A stretch of 63,931 bases of DNA, the filler included, from Octopus bimaculoides (Eukaryota): the NCBI RefSeq assembly GCF_001194135.2. It is 7 parts of 7 records of this genome, joined end to end, with 100 filler letters (N's around TTAATTAATTAA, not from the genome) between each part and the next. Parts side by side here need not be neighbours in the genome. Positions count along the whole stretch, not along the records: positions 61,584 to 63,931 come from NC_068981.1; 6 more parts are not named here. One strand, written 5' to 3'. A program made the position numbers and the translations under genes. The first letter of the stretch is position 1, and every line of letters begins with the position of its first letter. Below are positions 61,610 through 63,931 of this stretch, in pieces. The notes beneath the pieces were generated by a model that did no database searches, had not been told where the DNA came from, and was given only the letters and a program-made list of their open reading frames with translations.

Positions 61610-63890
61610 TGCCTTTTTTAAAACACAACAATCCTAAAAACAGACGAAAATATCAAGATAGGTGGTATAACAACCGGGAAAATCCCTTCCGACATAATGG
61701 AAAGACTGGAAGACAATGTGCCAACAATGACTCACTTTATCTTTTAGGGAGCAAGATCTCCAAACAAAAACGATAGAAAATATTGATGATACAAACAGTC
61801 AAGAAAATCCTGGACCAACTGATCTAAAAATATTCGACTTCCCACAACGGAATCTAATGGGAAATGAAATAAAAATTCTCCAATATGGTCTATAATTCCC
61901 ACCACTTCCTAAACCCAACACAACAGACATTACAAAAGATAGTGAGTCATTTTGCAGAAGCTCTCGCCTATGGGAATTCTTTCAAAACAACGACAACGAT
62001 GATCCATTGCTTGTGCAAAACAAAACAGGTTTTTAAACCTTCGATAAATAGAAATAATCACATGGTGGAATATATAATATGGCTGAAAAGATTTGCTAAC
62101 TCAAATATTCCAGCAAACCTGTAAAACAAAATGTTACAGATGAGGAACAAAAAGCATTACAATGTCTACAAGAACTCATCTTATAGTCATTTATGAAGTT
62201 GACAAAGGAGGAACCATTGTAATAATGGACTCGACCCATTAGAAGGAAATGGATTTAAAAACAACTCAGTGACCAGCAGTTTTACAAAAAACTACATAGC
62301 AATACTGATAGACAAACTATGAGCAAAATCGACGAGTGTCCAACAAATTCAAGGAAGACAACAAAAAAGGAGTTGCATAACCTCACCTATGTTAAAGTAA
62401 AAACGAATAATTTTATGGACGTCATAATATCCATAATCCAAACAGATCAACAACATAAAAGAATTCCATACTCCATATATAAAGATTCCCAAAGCAACTG
62501 ATCTCAAATTGCGTCCAATTGTTGCAGGACCAGCATCCAGCACCCAAAGATTAAGCAAATTGCTGCGCATAATTTAAAACTTTTATGCAGAATGTTTCCC
62601 AGTTTCATCAGAGATGACATGAACTTCTTAAACGTTAATCCAGAACGGGTAAATAAAGAGACAGTACTATTGGCCTTGACGTAACTAGTCTCTACACAAA
62701 AATCCCCTTATATATGGAATGGAAGAAGTAGAATTCTGGATAAGCAAACACCCACAAAAAATTCAGGAGAGACTCTCAAAAGAATTTATACTTGAAGATT
62801 TACACATAGTACTGGAAAATAAATACGTCTTCTTTGATAATCAATATTACCTGCAAATAAAAGTCGCGCCAACATTTGCCACACTAATAATGAGATACCT
62901 AGAAGAAAAAAATCTACACCCTATCCAGAACTACTTTTGACCAGCACTTCCAAATTTACCTATTAGGAAATTGGAAAAGATGGCTAGATGACTGCTTTAT
63001 ATTTTGGATCCGAAATAAGAAGGACCTTACAAAATCTCTTAAATTAATAAATAACACTCACCTGTTCACTATGGAAATGAATGAAAAGGAACTCCCTTTT
63101 CTGGACATCCTTATTATTAAAGAAAATGAGACAGTTACAATTGACGTCTAGTACAAGAACTCAGACACACCAATATTTAGATTTTAGATCTTTCCACCAT
63201 TCCCATACAAAAATGAACATACTATTTAATATGGCAAGGCGCATATGCTCGATATTCACACATATTGTTAGACGAGAGAAGCGACTGGCAGAACTTAATA
63301 TATTCCTTCAGAAACAAAAATACTCCAAGTTAATTCAACATGTTATAACAAAAGCAAAGGAAATCTCGACCTCTACCTTTCGGAGAAACATTCAAGCTAG
63401 GTGTGATAATAATAATACAAAGCCAAATATTCCGTTTGTAGTCACCCACAATCCTAGAAACCACAACATCCTACACTCAAACAAACGATACATCCCAATT
63501 CTACTTCAATCATCAAATCGCTAACAAATGATTTTAAAAAATCACAAATTATCAACACTCGAAGACAACCACCTAACCTCAAGAGACAACAAACAAAGGC
63601 GAGATTCACATTTGAAAAAGAAGTAACCAACTGTGGAGACCCCTGTTGTAGGACATGCGAATTGATTGAGCAACGGACAACCAAAATACTCTAGAATGGG
63701 AAGGAATTAAAAGTGAATGCAATCATGAATTGCAAGACAAAAAAAAATATCTACTATGTCACATGCTCATAATGTAATGAAAACTACAATGAGGAGTCAA
63801 GAAGGAAACTGACCAACCGTGTACATTTGTATAAACAATAAATTAGGGATTCATCTGTTAGGAATGTCCTATGCAGTGAACATCTGCATT
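61610..63890 (+). mobile_element. Penelope-like element (RT + GIY-YIG), decayed, third lineage
   Basis: DLKLRPIVAGPASSTQRLS; LDVTSLYTKIP; APTFATLIMRYLE; WKRWLDDCF; ELPFLDI; QYLDFRSFH...NMARRICSI; NCKTK..IYYVTC. Confidence 0.9.
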
Positions 63891-63898
63891 ATATATAC

Positions 63899-63931
<33 letters not shown>

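Overview
This is eukaryotic, AT-rich, microsatellite-saturated draft-assembly DNA. The repeat repertoire and the (TA)n/(TG)n/(GA)n load point to a cephalopod, most likely Octopus; this is inferred. Only two host coding exons can be supported. The first is coding exon 1 of a GRK2/beta-ARK-type G-protein-coupled receptor kinase (+, 42775-42887, [21 protein letters not shown]...), followed by an apparent >21 kb first intron. The second is a lone JmjC/cupin exon of JMJD8-like type (-, 45601-45742) lying antisense inside that intron, across a placeholder scaffold gap. The rest is transposon debris: at least four tRNA-type SINE families (~30 copies), three Dong/R4-like REL LINE fragments, RTE remnants, mariner and maT-like fossils, piggyBac/hAT/Tigger-type MITEs, long foldback palindromes and three decayed Penelope-like elements (PLEs). 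The most interesting signal is a set of small non-coding elements from several different families that carry minimal type-I hammerhead-ribozyme folds with a palindromic stem III. They are: a tRNA-headed SINE-like element with a hammerhead and an inverted tail (8.3-8.6 kb); a 420-bp foldback and a solo copy with a variant CCAAUGA core and covarying stem II (12.3-12.8 kb, 23.35 kb); a head-to-tail dimer (35.7-36.15 kb); a 453-bp retrozyme-like monomer with an intact core (54.1-54.6 kb); and a palindromic remnant (61.0-61.2 kb). All folds were made by eye and none is experimentally tested. Repeat boundaries are approximate unless TIR/TSD coordinates are stated. Most ORFs in the supplied track are microsatellite or N-gap artefacts.
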